64,000 bases of DNA. Origin: Tubulanus polymorphus. Its lineage: Eukaryota; Animalia; Nemertea. Below, in pieces: positions 46,201 through 60,600 of the stretch (position 1 is its first letter; every line of letters starts with the position of its first letter). Both the position numbers and the translations under genes were made by a program. Where the stretch lies: assembly GCF_964204645.1 (NCBI RefSeq), contig NC_134036.1, forward strand, positions 1,302,001 through 1,366,000. Reading direction: 5' to 3'. The notes under the pieces are model-generated. The model ran no database searches and was not told the origin of the DNA. It saw only the letters and a program-made list of their open reading frames with translations.

Positions 46201-48646
46201 TTTTGATATTCCAATTGCAGGTGAAGTGTCATCTATATTGGCCAACAAAACTGGATGCAACAGGTCGATATGGAGATATTACAGTGACAGTTGCAGAGAA
46301 AATGGAAAAACACATTGAGCCTCCGGCAGTGGTTCATTTCCTATCGATTACAAAGGTAATGATCATACTCTTGTTTTACCATGGCACCTAGTGACCTATA
46401 TAAGTGCTGTTATCTGTAATTTCAAACGACTTCATACGTGTAGACATCGATATGACAACATTTTATGATGAGGTTCTGTTTCGATGTTACATTATATCAC
46501 ATAAGCAATATCTATAACCAGTCTCTATTGATGAGTAACGTTGGATTTAATTTATAGCGTGGCCACAAACAAGCACATAATCTAATAGTTTGTCACTATC
46601 GAGGATGGCCGGATCATGGTGTACCGTTCCCGGCTTCATCTGTTGTTCGTATGCAACAGTTCATCAAACAGCGTCTTACTGACCCGGATCAGGGACTTGT
46701 GCTGATTCATGGCAGGTAAATTAATTCGAAATCTTCCGGTCCTTTACCGTTAGGGAGACGTGTAGAAATGTTACGGCTAGTTTTGTGTTCTCAGTGCTGG
46801 TGCTGGAAGGACAGGTTGTTATATCGCAACGGAGCAGCTTCTTGAAAAAGCTAAGAAAGATGGACTCGTTAACGTATTCGACATGTTTAGGAAATTACGA
46901 CAACAAAGACCAGAAATGATCCAAGATATGGTAAATCTTAATAAAGTTACTGCCTCTCATTTCACGCTTCCAAAATGGATAACTTCAACGTGTTCCTTTA
47001 TTACTATCTACTTTAGAAACAGTACATTCTCGTGCACCAGATTCTACTGGAGGAACTGGTACTGGGACCGGTGGCATACCCGACCACGAGTTTCAGAGAA
47101 TCATACGAGGAAAGAAAGGCAACGCGTTCTGTATCTAGAAACGTATCTGACAAAATACAGGAACAACTACTAGTACGTTTTAAGATCGGCCAAAATGAGA
47201 TGAAGGTTTCGAAGCCTGAGTACATACATTAAGATTGCAGCAATGAATTCACTGACCAAGTTAAACTAGAGACCAAATAGTTTCTCCTTGATTTTGAGGA
47301 GACATTTTTTAAAAAGTTTTTCCAAAGAGCTGTTTTCCAATCCAGGTTCTGAAGGCATCAACTCCGATTCAGGACGAGGAATCACTAGCAGTGGCCAAAC
47401 TACTCAACAATGTTAACAAGTCTCGATACAAAGACATCCTTCCTGAGGCACAGTATCAACCGCAACTCTCGCATAAAGGGTTCATTAATGCTTCATTTGT
47501 GCACGTGAGTTTGATTCTGATTTAATAGCTATCCGTGGAATATCTGGGCAGGTAGAGAATGAGGCATTAGCCTAGATATTCTTCATTTGAGATCCTGATA
47601 ACTCATGAAAATCTAATCGTAACTTTCCTTTTAACAGACGATCACAAATGCTGACGTTTTTATAGCTACACAAAGTCCACTACAAAATACAATTTTTGAT
47701 TTCTGGCAAATGATCTTTGACTATAACTGTGAACTTATTGTGATGATGCATCAAGAATATCCACAAGATCCGGTAAGGCTACTCCTAGTCTAGCACTGCC
47801 TAGTATAGATATCTTCTAAAAGTATGACGGTCTGGTTCGCGGAGATCCTTGTTCAGAATATATCTTCTAATTTCAGACATATGCAGACTATTGGCCTGCA
47901 GCTGGAAGTATCGAATTCGGTCCTTTTACAGTCACTGTGGAGGAGGTATCATTATGCTGTAAGACCATCGTTCGTCGGGATTTGATCCTCCAAAAACAGA
48001 ATGTATGTTGAGTTATTTCGGTAGCTACTGTTCAGAGAAATATGGCTGCATTTTTCGGAATTTCTTTCGACGTTGCTATTTACAATAACCTGATCAGATC
48101 AATTGTATTTCTTCGATCTCACAGGAATCACATCAGATTCGTCAGATCCAGTTTTTAGGATGGCCTGAGGATGAGTCAGTTCCTGATGTACATAATCTAT
48201 TCGAGTTTGTGAAGTTAGCTAAAAGTGAACGCGTCACCAGTCCCATTGTTGTGCATTGCATGTTCGTATCTTAGCAACGTCAGTCAATTATTCAAAACAC
48301 CATCACATATTTATCGATTATGCAAATTTTACAGGGACAGCACAACGAGAACGGGACTGTTTTGTGCGGCATTTGAACTGATCACCAAGGCGCCATCTAG
48401 CGAACAAATCGACATTTATCACTGTATACAAAAACTACGAATGACTCGACCTCAATTCATTCCAAATTTGGTAAGAAATTAATCGATTTTCTTTGTATTT
48501 TCACGAGTAATTTTATTGATGTATTTTTCTTGTTTTCGTATTCATAGGAACAGTACAAGTTTCTACACGATCTGGTGATATTCTATTTACAAGGATTCGA
48601 CACTTATGTGAACGTACATGTCGTTAATGGCACCAGCACAGATTGA
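43225..48646 (+). pseudogene. Gene C: internally deleted RPTP-like paralogue (no lectin, no TM)
   Basis: SP exon intact. The EGF exon breaks at ~43687 into TGA (43688-43690) and jumps to FN3 intron sequence. A second deletion at ~44900 removes the membrane-proximal and TM exons. The D1 mini-exon at 45898-45930 is 33 nt versus 37 nt in paralogues (frameshift). D1 IHGSAGAGR and D2 exons are otherwise recognisable. Confidence 0.8.
43832..44464. mobile_element. Non-autonomous PIF/Harbinger (Tourist-like) element, 633 bp
   Basis: TIRs GGCCTTTT...AATTAGTTGGAGCA / TGCTCCAACTAATT...AAAAGGCC with a TAA target-site duplication. The empty site with a single TAA is in the gene D intron (GTAAGTAAACAATAT, ~55897). 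Confidence 0.88.
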
Positions 48647-49971
48647 GTACAGATGTACTACTAAGAAAATTGTCCGAGCGAGGCCACGACCCGGCATCAT
48701 CTCTAACCAAAAATCGAAATCGACATTACTCCACAAACTGCAGTTTTATCATACGTTTTAGAATATGTGATATTTGATTTTTCAATCTATAGAAAAAAAG
48801 TTCCGGCATTTAAACCTTTACATTTCCTTTATTGTAAAATCTCAAAATAACTTTTACCATGTTAGAAAATTTGTGATACCTTATTATATAGTATAGACAG
48901 CTTAAAAACATGAAAAACATGAATTGACATGTATGAACGGCTTGTGAAATACAGTTCAAACTTTCTTTTTTCAAATTGAGAATTTTACCTAAATTTTTCT
49001 CTTGAGATATCGATTTATCTTTTATATCCAACAAATTTACAATACAGACCGAAGTTTGAGAATGGGGTCTTAAATATGTGAATTCCGTCTTTGTTGGTGG
49101 TTATACGCTACAAGTTGCCCCAGTGAGATAGTGTATGTAATGTAGACAATGTCGCGAGTAATGTATCTATTTATCATAGCTACATTATCCGCCTCTATTG
49201 TTGTCTTATTTCGGTCGTTCGAATGTTTGAATGAATATATCGATCGGTTATTGTAAGGTGTTAGATAAATTCTAGGACAAGATGGCGGCACGTACCAAAA
49301 GCCTATAACCAGTTGGTACGAGGAGACCGTCTGCTGTCAGAGTCTGGTGTCTGGCGTTAAGGACAGTCGGTGTTAGAGAGACGAAACATTTCTTTAATTT
49401 GGAGAATGAAAATAGTTTCCTGTTTTATAAACTTTATGAATACAATTCAGTACATACATGCGGTTAGTGACGCCGTTGTCGCCTCAGCATCCGACAGAAT
49501 TCAGGAGTAAATTTAAAGAAGGTAACAATAATTTATCAGATTTTTTTACCAATATAAGTAGTAAGAATTTTGAGGCTTGGGAGCTATTTACTACCAGGTG
49601 TTACCAAAATAAGGAAAACGTTATGAGAATGATAGAAAAATTCGTAAAAGATTTTTGTACTGATGTAAGAAAATGTTAAAATAAAACGCATACTGCAATA
49701 TCGAATCTGTCTACTTCGAAAATATATTGTAAATTGTTATATTGTATGATTTCAATTTTGATATTTACGAACATTTCAATCTATTCATTTTAGTTCGTGA
49801 TATTTCAAAGTGAACCTGATTTTGACTGTAATAAGTCTAGAGGTCGAATTTTTCTCTTAAAAGTTACCTCCTGGACTACAATCTCAAATCTGCATTACAT
49901 AACTCATTTTTGAATGGTTATTTCAAATTAAATCAAATTAAGAAATATATGAATTAATTCTTGTGATACAG

Positions 49972-50086
49972 GGCCCGGTTTTATAAGCTGGTATTACCTT
50001 TAACCCGGGGGTTAGGACTAACTCAATTAAAAATTAATTAAGTTAGTCCCCAGGTTAAAGGTAACACTAGTCTATAAAACCGGTCC
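49972..50086. mobile_element. PIF/Harbinger-like MITE family 3 (~115 bp)
   Basis: TIRs GGCCCGGTTTTATA / TATAAAACCGGTCC with a palindromic interior. Half-copies lie in introns at ~33165 and ~54054. Confidence 0.75.
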
Positions 50087-50973
50087 GAGAAGACTTAGTT
50101 ATTTGCATGCCAATGAAGAATCGTTTCATCGTTATTAGAGAAAAAGATGGCTGCCATCACGATTTACATTAACCACACATCCGCTATGAGTGATTATTTG
50201 ATGATTGGTGCAGGGGTTTAAATGCAATCATTTAGGGATTAATGGGACGATTCTATTCTACATGTTAAGAACGATCTGATTCGAAAATAAAGATGGCTGC
50301 TATACGACTTATCCAGCTTTATCCACGATAGGAGACATTTCTGAGGATAGTTTAAATGCAGAAGACGGATTTAGGAAGAAGTGAATCATGACTGCTTGAT
50401 CATTTAGTATTTTAGAAATAGTCTTTTATTTACACGTCTCTCCACGATTTATTATTTGATGCTGGTACATGGAGGTTTAACGCTGGGGGTCCTTGGTCAT
50501 TTAGGAAGTAATGATTCATGATTTTAATTGATAATCAAATAGCATTTTTAGAAATAATCTAGTTGTATATTTACACGTCTTTTGTAGTGTATATCTATTC
50601 AGCTGATGCCTGTTTTGTGTGATATGGGAAAAATTAATGGTTTGTCTCATTTTACACGAAAGGGGCGTCCAGTCTATCGTGCTAAGGCAAGAACACAATG
50701 AATTAAACTGTTTTTTTGTCTTGTTTTGATATTTTTTTCTTTTTTCTTTTCAAAGATATGTTTTCATCTATCGTTCATAAAACACCTACTTGTAACTCTG
50801 AGACCCGCGACGTTTTGTTCTGGCCCCCCCCCCCGCTCATAACAGAATAAACTAGCAATCCTGAAATTTGAAATTTTAAACTTCCTCTAAAATGATTTAT
50901 TTGAAAATTCAAAGGAAGTTTATCACATGATTATAAGTGAGTGATATCATCACTCGCCCTTCAAACGAGCAAA

Positions 50974-53900
50974 ATGTATCGTGAAAGAAACATCTTTCGT
51001 TTTTCGCTGTTGTTGATTCTTTGTTTATTCATCATAAACACATCAGGTGAGTTAATCAATACTCATTGGTGTTTCGGAGCTGTTAAACTCTGTCACTGTC
51101 AGGATTCAAACTATCAATTGTCGGGGGTGGAGAGCTCAGAGAAGAACTACAGAAAGAAACTCTGTCGCTGTCAGGATTCAAACTATCAATTGTCGGGGGT
51201 GGAGAGCTCAGAGAAGAACTACAGAAAGAAACTCTGTCACTGTCAGGATTCAAACTATCAATTGTCGGGGGTGGAGAGCTCAGAGGAGAACAGCATTTGG
51301 ATGTTTCAAATAATCTTGTTTCTATCATTTCAGCAAAATGTTTTGGGAAGAGTTGTACTGGTTGGGAGTGTCATTGCAGTAATACAGCCGTGGACAAATG
51401 TCCCACAGAAGGTCAGAATATAGATGGCGCTTTAAAGTGTCCAAATCCTAACACTGCATGTGAGTCTACAGTAAAAACTCCATATCCCTGGACACCACCA
51501 GGATGGACCGGACCAGCTTGTCAAATTGGTAAGTTTTCCGTATCAACTGTTTCTCTTCCAGTAAACCGGGGTCAGGTCAAATATCACTGAACCTCGGATT
51601 TATCTCAGATTCAACCCCACTAATTCGTCACGTGAATTGGCTTTCATTGAAACGCCCATATAAGGGGAAAACAGATATAGAATCCACTATTGACTAAAAT
51701 GTCTGGGAACTGCAGCTGTCACTCAACAGACTGAGATCAACAAAATATTCTTCGCGTAAACAAAAATAATGGTTCATAGAAATGAAACATTTATTTGGAT
51801 TATTTTAAGATCGGTTTGATGTAGTTGAGTTGATTCTACACGTTTTGTAGGAAACGTGGCTCGTGGTAAAACAGTTACAACGTCATCCCCTTTTGCGTTG
51901 TATCCCGGTAGTAAATGTACAGATGGTCAGACGGTAAGTGGAATGTGTCACACTTTAGCGGATCAAGACGCCTGGATTAGAATTGATCTCGGAACTCAAT
52001 ATGTGGTACATGAAGTTGAACTTTGGGATAGAACAGACGCGGCTGATTGCGACGCTGAGTGGAGTGAGTACAAATTATTATTGTTTATTGTGTCATTGAT
52101 TATTTCGGTCAAATCTGATAGAAAATGAGGATGAAAAACTAGAAAAGACTTGTCAGATATGAATCCTGTTTTGACGAGCGAGAGACTTTTAAAATCGACC
52201 AATTTAGGAACCAAAAGTATCCTGAATTCCGTTCCACGTTTGGCTCGAGATAAATTGATACAGTTTTAACTCAAGAACAAAATTTCTAAAATTTTCACTC
52301 TTTCTTCCATTTCATTGTATATTATAACTGTGGAACTTTGGGTCATTATCATCCGTGAAAACAGTCAAAATACGTTGTTGGAAGATTTTGAATCGAAAAC
52401 AATGAATTTATCCTACTTCTTTTTTTTCTCTATAATTCTTGTCCACTTCTTTTTCTATAGAATTTGAATAGAATTATTTTGCATCCAAAGCAATCGACGA
52501 AGTTCTTCCATCAACTCCTTGGGTTTCATTATATTATTGACAGTTTTTACGAACATAATCTGAGATATTTCGCAGCTTTAGAATTTTCTTTGCAAATAAG
52601 TCCATCCGTTTTCAAACGAACTCGAAAAGAATTGTTCAGCAATCGATGAAATTCTCAACTTCCCTAAATTCCATGCATTATTTTCTGTTTTCACGGAATT
52701 GACTGCGACATTTCGAAACTTTTCGATATTTCGAAATTTCTTTTCTCAGAAAAACGCGCGCGCAACCTGGAGGTTCGAGTTGGAAATGAATATGGCAATG
52801 ATACACGCATTTCTACATCTAACCAGAAATGTGCTTACCAGGGCCCCCCTCTTTGCGGTACCCATAAAACATTAGCATGCAGCCCGGGTCCTATAGTTGG
52901 ACGATACGTCACCGTTCAACACAAGAACCTCGGTAAAGCAGAGTATCTCGCACTGGCAGAAATAGAAGTTATTGGGTTCAAATATATCGGTAAGTTTTGC
53001 ACAACTATATATGTAAAATTCAGAAATATAGAAGTATGAAAATAAAATGGATTTAGAAATTGTTAAAACTTGATTGTTCAAAAATATTCAGTGACTTGTA
53101 ATAAGAACTAAAAGGGATACCTTAAAAAATCTCAACAATTTTGTATTTTTGAAATGAAAATTATATCAAGTATCACCTTTTCTTCGTATCACCTTTAAAT
53201 GTTTGTTTAGCGCCCGGTGATTGTAGTAAGGGATCGAACTCATTTGGATGTATGATTGAATGTTATCCATGTTACAACAGTGAAAGTTGTAACTATTTGA
53301 GTGGTATCTGTGAATCTGGCTGTTCACAGAATTACATCGGAAAGTGGTGCGAGTCAGGTATGTTACATTGAATCATAGATTCCTTGGAATCTCATTCCTA
53401 GCTGTTCCTTAAATGTAGTTAGGGTGAATCGAAAGTGACCGAAAGTAGAATGCAACTTCATTATAAATTACATTTCATCTTGTTTGATTCATGTAAAATT
53501 AACATTAATTTCTTTTTTTCAGAATTTAAGTTATTTTCTCAATTAACAAAATCTTCGCTGACAGATAACAGTGTAAGAGTCGGTTGGACAGCTTACTCGG
53601 GTTCTGTAGTAGATTCAGGACGTGGTACTGTCAGCGTTCAGTATCAAGTCGTTTATCGTAAAATATCAGAAAACACTTGGACTAATCAGGAAACTGCAGG
53701 AGTCCTTACACATCGCACAATTACTGGTTTAACTCCTAATACCGAGTATAAGATAGCTGTTAGACTACAGAAATTAGTGAACAGTAAACTTATATCAACT
53801 GTGAGTCTGACTAGTCCAATACTAACTATATGTCCAGGTAAAAACCCCTCATTCTAATAAACTCTTAATCATCAATTCAAACACAGAATTGTGTTAAACA

Positions 53901-54501
53901 TGTTTGTTTTACTGTAGATCCATTAATCGGTCCTAAAGATGTTCGTGTGGTGTCCACAGCGGTTGAGAACAGTAACACGTGGCCCCAGACAACCAATCTG
54001 ATACTTACATGGACCGTAAGTGTGCCTCAACCAGAATTACATAAATTCACCTGGGCCCGGTTTTATAGACTATAAGTGTTACCTTCAACCCGGGGCTAAC
54101 TTAATTTATTTTCTTACTTTATTAACTAATTCACCTGATGTTCATTTATATCTATATGACAAGGGAAGAAAATGTGACCTTCCCTTTCAGTGACACATGA
54201 TAAAAACATGTAGTGAATTATAATTATGTTGCAGGCTTTAACTGCTGCAGAGTTACAGTGTGACGTCACTAAAGCTGTTTATCAAGTCGAGTATAAACAA
54301 CTGAACCGACAAACATGGACCACAACAGTGGCGCAACCTACCGGCCACACACTAACAGGACTAGAACCATATACTGATTATGAAGTTAGAGTTGGTGTAA
54401 AGAATGACGTCACTCAGAAATTCATTTACACCAAACCTAAAAGTTACAAAACGTCGACTGCAGGTAACTTGAAAATGAAACAAGATGCGATATATATATA
54501 T

Positions 54502-54544
<43 letters not shown>

Positions 54545-54570
54545 ATATATATATATAATGCATTATACAT

Positions 54571-54619
<49 letters not shown>

Positions 54620-57600
54620 ATGTACACACTTATTTCGATGCTTTTACAATCACTTCAGCTCCGGGACCTGTGACGTCGCTCACGCTTTCCCAACAAACCG
54701 ACATCGGCTTCTGGGTCAAGTGGTCAATTGCACCTGATGAACACAATGGAATGATCACTAAATACAGATTGTGGTACAAACTTCTCAGATATAAAACTTG
54801 TCCGACTGCAGCTCGCGGAGGTGATCCTAAGGAAGTTTCACTTTCAAATATTGCTGTAGAACATGTATTCACTGGGTTAAAGCCTTATGCGGAATATGAA
54901 ATCACGGTCTCGGCCGAAACCTCGGCTGGTGGCTTAGATCTAAACAAGAGGACAGTTACCGGTGCAACTCTTCAGTCTGGTTAGTTGTTAGATTTACAAC
55001 GATAAACCAAACACATCAAACATTTCGTTGTAACCAATAAATCTTTCCCTCAATGTTACAGAACCAACTGGTAAACCTGGCGTGGCTGATGTCACTGTTG
55101 AGACTATTCAAGATAGCTCTGTTAGAACAGACACTTATATCGATGCTACTTTCAAGGATTTGGCGTGTGAAAACCAAAATGGACCATTCAAACATTTCAA
55201 ATATAAGTTACTGGAGAAAGATTCGATGAATCTTGTGAAAGATGGAACGACACCGAATAAACTGTTCAGAATAGATAAACTGGTTCCGTTTACAGAGTAT
55301 GAACTGACGTATAACTGGGTGAACAGTAAAGGTTCCAGTGAAGAATCTCCAAGTAAAATATTCACAACTGACGAAGCTGGTGAGTTTTGTTTTCATTTTG
55401 TCTTCCGTAGTTAAACCTTGAAAACATCATTGGATCAAGATGAGTTTATACATTTCAGTTCCAGGTGTACCGATCCCTGAAGCTCGATCAGCTACTCCAA
55501 ACAGTATCATATTCGCGTGGAGTTCTCCTGTTCCTCCGTTAGCAAGAATTATCAAATATAATTTCATGTGTGGCAACGCTACTAAAAATAATTCTGATCA
55601 AATTCAGGAATTTATAAGGGAGGATGTTGAACCAACTGTGCTTACAAAAACAGTGACTGGACTTACACAAAACAAATGGTATGGTTGCCAGGTAGGTGTG
55701 AATTTATAAATAATGTCATTATTGCGACTTCACTAATTGCAGATCCAAACTAATTTGTCACAAAGGTTGTGGCTCATTTTCAGCAATAATGGATTGAAAT
55801 TAAACAGATTTAATACACATTCATAGGTAATGGCACAAGGTAAAAAGGGTTGGGGAAAATGGAGCAACATTGCTTACTTTTTGGCGCAGGTCGGAAGTAA
55901 GTAAACAATATGTTGGAAATGGCAATTCACACGATCGTATTATTGAATTTTTTTGAATAAACCCTCATTCCAATAAACTCTTAATCATCAATTCAAACAC
56001 AGAATTGTGTTAAACATGTTTGTTTTACTGTAGTTCCATTAAACAGTGCTAAAAATGCTATTAGGTTGTCGTCATCAAGTAGATGTCAATTCGTATTTCA
56101 TAAGTCATTTGTCTGTCGTGTCATTTCAGTACCAGGACCTCCCGCTTCTCTCGACTTCTCATCTACAAGGGATACATTCCAAACAACATTGACATGGACA
56201 CCCCCAAACAGTCCAAATGGTGACATCATTAATTATCGGGTAGGAATTCTCTTATTCTGACCAGTAGAGGGCACCACCAGCTCTATACTGTAACATGTCT
56301 CCTATCTGTTTTTAGCTCACGTGTGAACCCATCAGTACAACTTCCACAAAACCTTTATCAGACATAAAAACAATCAACAAACCTAAAATCGAGGCTTTCA
56401 TCAATGGATCCATCACAACTTTAGACATAACGACGTCACTGATACATTTTACTCAATACAACTGTTCAATTTATGCCTCAACTAGTAAGGGCGAAGGCTC
56501 GCCTGCCAGTGTAAGCTTCTGGACAACGGGTAAGTCGTTAACATGCATTAAAACACAACAAACTCAAGTATCAATTTATGTCATGTATCACCAGTTCAAA
56601 TAACTGATATTTCAGGTAAAATAACAATTCCTCAACTTGTTGTCAAGAAAGCAGCGGTAACAGACACGACTGTTACACTTCAAATAACACGTGTTAACAC
56701 TGGTAACATTACGTAAGTGTCCTCGTTACATTTATCCATAAATAACGCGTGGTTTTATTAAACTGGATTTTTCTCTGATTTTCAGCGGTTACGAGGTGAT
56801 CGTGAAGAAACACGATGGACCAATCAACAGTCGCCGGAAGCGTGCAGTCAACCAATCACAGTACGTCTCGTACGGAGAAGCTAAACAGCGAGGATTATCA
56901 GTTTATATTACTGCAGTTCTACCACCGGAAGTGCCCTCTGAGTTTATAGTTGGTGATACGCGTAACTATAGTGGTTACTTTAATGCTCCTCTAGAAACTG
57001 GGAAATCCTACAGTTTTATTTTAGGAATCATCGAAAATTATAACGGGGTGAGTTTATCTTGTGTTTCAATACAAATAGTTTTCAGTTTTGAAATGATTTT
57101 CAATCAATTCTTTCTATTTATTTCCTAGGAACTGTTTCGGCATTATCCACCAATAGAACAACAAGAGAGAATCACTGTTAAAAAACTGTCTAGTAATGCA
57201 TGGATAATAGGTGGCGTTGTTGCAGCTGTTCTAATAGTGTTATTGGTGGCTGTTGTTCTATTTGTAGTTTGGAGGTAGGAGCGAATAGTGGCGACCTCTA
57301 TAATTGAATGCAAATATCCTATCATTTGACAATCGGCAAAATTCCATTGATTCCATCTCATTCAGTTACCCACAATATGGACGCCTCAGTCTAGTCCCAG
57401 CGGGCTATTGCATTCACTTTTACTCCGTCGTCCGTCCGTCCGTCCGTCCGTCCGTAGAAGGAATCCAGTTATTTTGGGAAGTTTTGAAGACGCTACGATG
57501 TAATGTCTTGATATTTGGGTTACACATGTATCTATTCTAGACACATCTTCAGCCCAAAAAGTGGCCCTGTCAGAATCAAGATGGCTGACTGGCAGCCTTT

Positions 57601-60600
57601 GAACTTTTTGAGGCAAATTTTGAAGACGCTTTGATCAATTACCTTGATCCTTCGAATATATTTGAATCCTCCAAGGGCTCATCAGCATAAGAAAAATTGG
57701 GTCGATCGGACTCGAGATGGCCGTCCTATGACCTTTTTAGTGGCCAAAAATGTCAATTTTGGCCAGAATTCGGAGTCCTGTAGCTTCCTGCTGGTTTGCC
57801 ATTTCTCATTGCAATTTGTGATGGGTATTCATTGAAAAGGGATGTTTTATACTAGAGACAGGTATTTTTGATCAGCCAATTATGACGGCCATCTTGGTGT
57901 CATCAGTTCTTCCACATTATATTGATACCTAAGCATATTTTGTTACCACAATCAATTAGAAAGTTGTAGCCCATAAAGTGTTCTATGATGTCGGTGAGTT
58001 TAAAGGTCATTGGTTTTTGTATATGGCCACCAGGGGGCGTTGAACAATAGATTGATATTTCAATATTATATTTGTACCTATGCATATTTTGATACCACAA
58101 TCAATTGCAAAGTTGTAGCTCATGACATCGTCTATGATTGTGGTGAGTTTTAAGGACATTAGTTATTCTATATGGTCACCAGGGGGCGTTGAATAGTAGA
58201 AGAACTTAGTATTTCCTTATTATATTGGTACCTAGGTATATTTTGTTACCATGATCAATTGCAAAGTTGTAGTTCATGACATCTATGATTGTGGTGAGTT
58301 TCAAGGTCATTGGTTTTTGTACATGGTCACCAGGAGGCGTTAAATATTGAAATTGTTAGATTGTTGAGCATTTGAAACCACTTCCCAAGTGGGCATGGTG
58401 TCCTAGTTTCACATCGTTCGAAACTGACAAACATCGAACAATGCCCCCTATTCACAGCCCCTCGCCGAGTTACCCAACAATATGGTCTTTACTTAAGCAG
58501 ACGCGGTGGGTTCAAAACTAAAGAAACTTCGAGCAATGAAGTAGGCATGGAGATTGTTTCACCTTCCGATAAAAGTATTGGAAAACCTTTGGCAAGATTG
58601 AAGGGTAACCCAAGACGAGAAAATACAGCTCATGCGAATTCTACATTATCAATAGGTTTGTTTAATGAAGCTTTTATATTTGAAGCCCAATGTTTTAACA
58701 CTATAATGACTCATGACTCTCTCCATATAGAAAGCTGCGCGTATTACAGTATCTATGACGATCCGAACACAGTATATGATACGCAAGATGGCGAGGATCA
58801 TCATTACGACATATCTTCTAAAGGCGCTACTATTATTTGTGACCTTTTGGGAGAGACCTTAATGAAGACCTCTGATGAGTGGAAGAATATGAATGAAGAA
58901 TTTCAGGTAGAATTGTAGGGAGGTTTGGACTGCGCGTTGGTAAGGTTTACATTTTGGATCTCTTTTTTTCCGTAGAGTGTTCTCAAATTTAGACGAGGAT
59001 TGAGCGACTGCGCTGAGAAAGTGGAGAATCTTGCAAAAAATAGGTTTCCAGACATATTGGCCTGTAGGTATTACCTGGTGATCATATAGACACATGAGTT
59101 CTGTCGTAACAACAATCATTTTGACACAAGCTTTTACACATTAACAGGAGTCGCCTTGAAATTAGTGATACATAGTATAATTTATTACCTATATGTTGAC
59201 ATAAGTTCCATCATTTACAAGATCCGCCTTCTTCAACATCTCTATTAATCTTTTTGTCATTTAAATGATTAGAACTGCTTTGTGACATCATTTTGTGTTG
59301 TTTTTCTAGATGATTCGACTAGAGTTGTTCTGGAACAAATCGGCGAAGATCCAACATCAGATTACATCAATGCCAATTACATTTGGGTAAGGAATCAATC
59401 CTTCTGTTCTTGAGAAGTTTTTGTCTCGTGCTTATAATGTTGTCATAGTTGATGTGAATATTTCATTTTCAGGGATTGACTGGTCATGTAATATGCATTG
59501 CATGCCAGGGTAAGTCTTCTTAACATTCCAATAATCTGTTCCGATGTTATTTTGGCGCTCATGTAAGTCGGTATTTCATTTTACTTGCCCTTTCAGCTCC
59601 ATTGCCATCTACAATCAATGACCATTGGCGGATGATTTGGCAAGAGAAATGCCCGGCTATCATTGTACTCACCGACCTGACTGAAGGACATGGCAAAGAT
59701 AAGAAGGTTGCAAAAAAATTTTTTCGAAAAAGGCTTTCAGATGCTGCTGATTAAACAAGGAGAATTATGAAAAATGTGTCTTTTCATATTCCAATTGCAG
59801 GTGAAATGTTACTTATATTGGCCAACAAAACTGGACACAAAAAGTCGATATGGAGATATAACAGTGACAGTTGCAAAGAAAATGGAAAAACACACTGAGC
59901 CTCCGGCAGTGGTTCATTTCCTATCGATTACAAAGGTAATGATCATACTCTTGTTTTACCATGGCACCTAGTGTGACCTATATAAGTGCTGATATATGTG
60001 ATTTCAAAACGACTTCACTCGAGACATACGTGTAGACATCGATATGACAACATTTTATGATGAGGTTTTGTTTCGATGTAACATTGTTTGACATCAGTAT
60101 TGTCTATGACCAGTCTCTCCCGATGAGTAACTTGAGATTTATTTCATAGCGTGGCCACAAACAAGCACATTATCTACTAGTGTTTCACTATCGAGGATGG
60201 CCGGATCATGGTGTACCGTTCCCGGCTTCATCTGTTGTTCGTATGCAACAGTTCATCAAACAGCGTCTTACTGACCCGGATCAGGGACTTGTGCTGATTC
60301 ATGGCAGGTAAATTAATTCGAAAATCTTCCAGTCCTTTACCGTTAAGGAGACGTGTAGAAATGTTATTGTTTGTGTTGTGTTCTCAGTGCTGGTGCTGGA
60401 AGGACAGGTTGTTATATCGCAACGGAGCAGCTTCTTGAAAAAGCTAAGAAAGATGGACTCGTTAACGTATTCGACATGTTTAGGAAATTACGACAACAAA
60501 GACCAGGAATGATCCAAAATATGGTAAACCTGTAGTAACTGTCTCTCATTTCACGCTTCCAAAATCCAAAACTTCTCCAACATGTTGTTTGACTATCTAC

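Noticed and set aside
50941-51423. 160-aa ORF with a repeated [19 protein letters not shown] motif
   Set aside because: Read-through from the signal-peptide exon into a 72-bp intronic repeat. A good donor and acceptor flank it, and the frame is not kept in paralogues.
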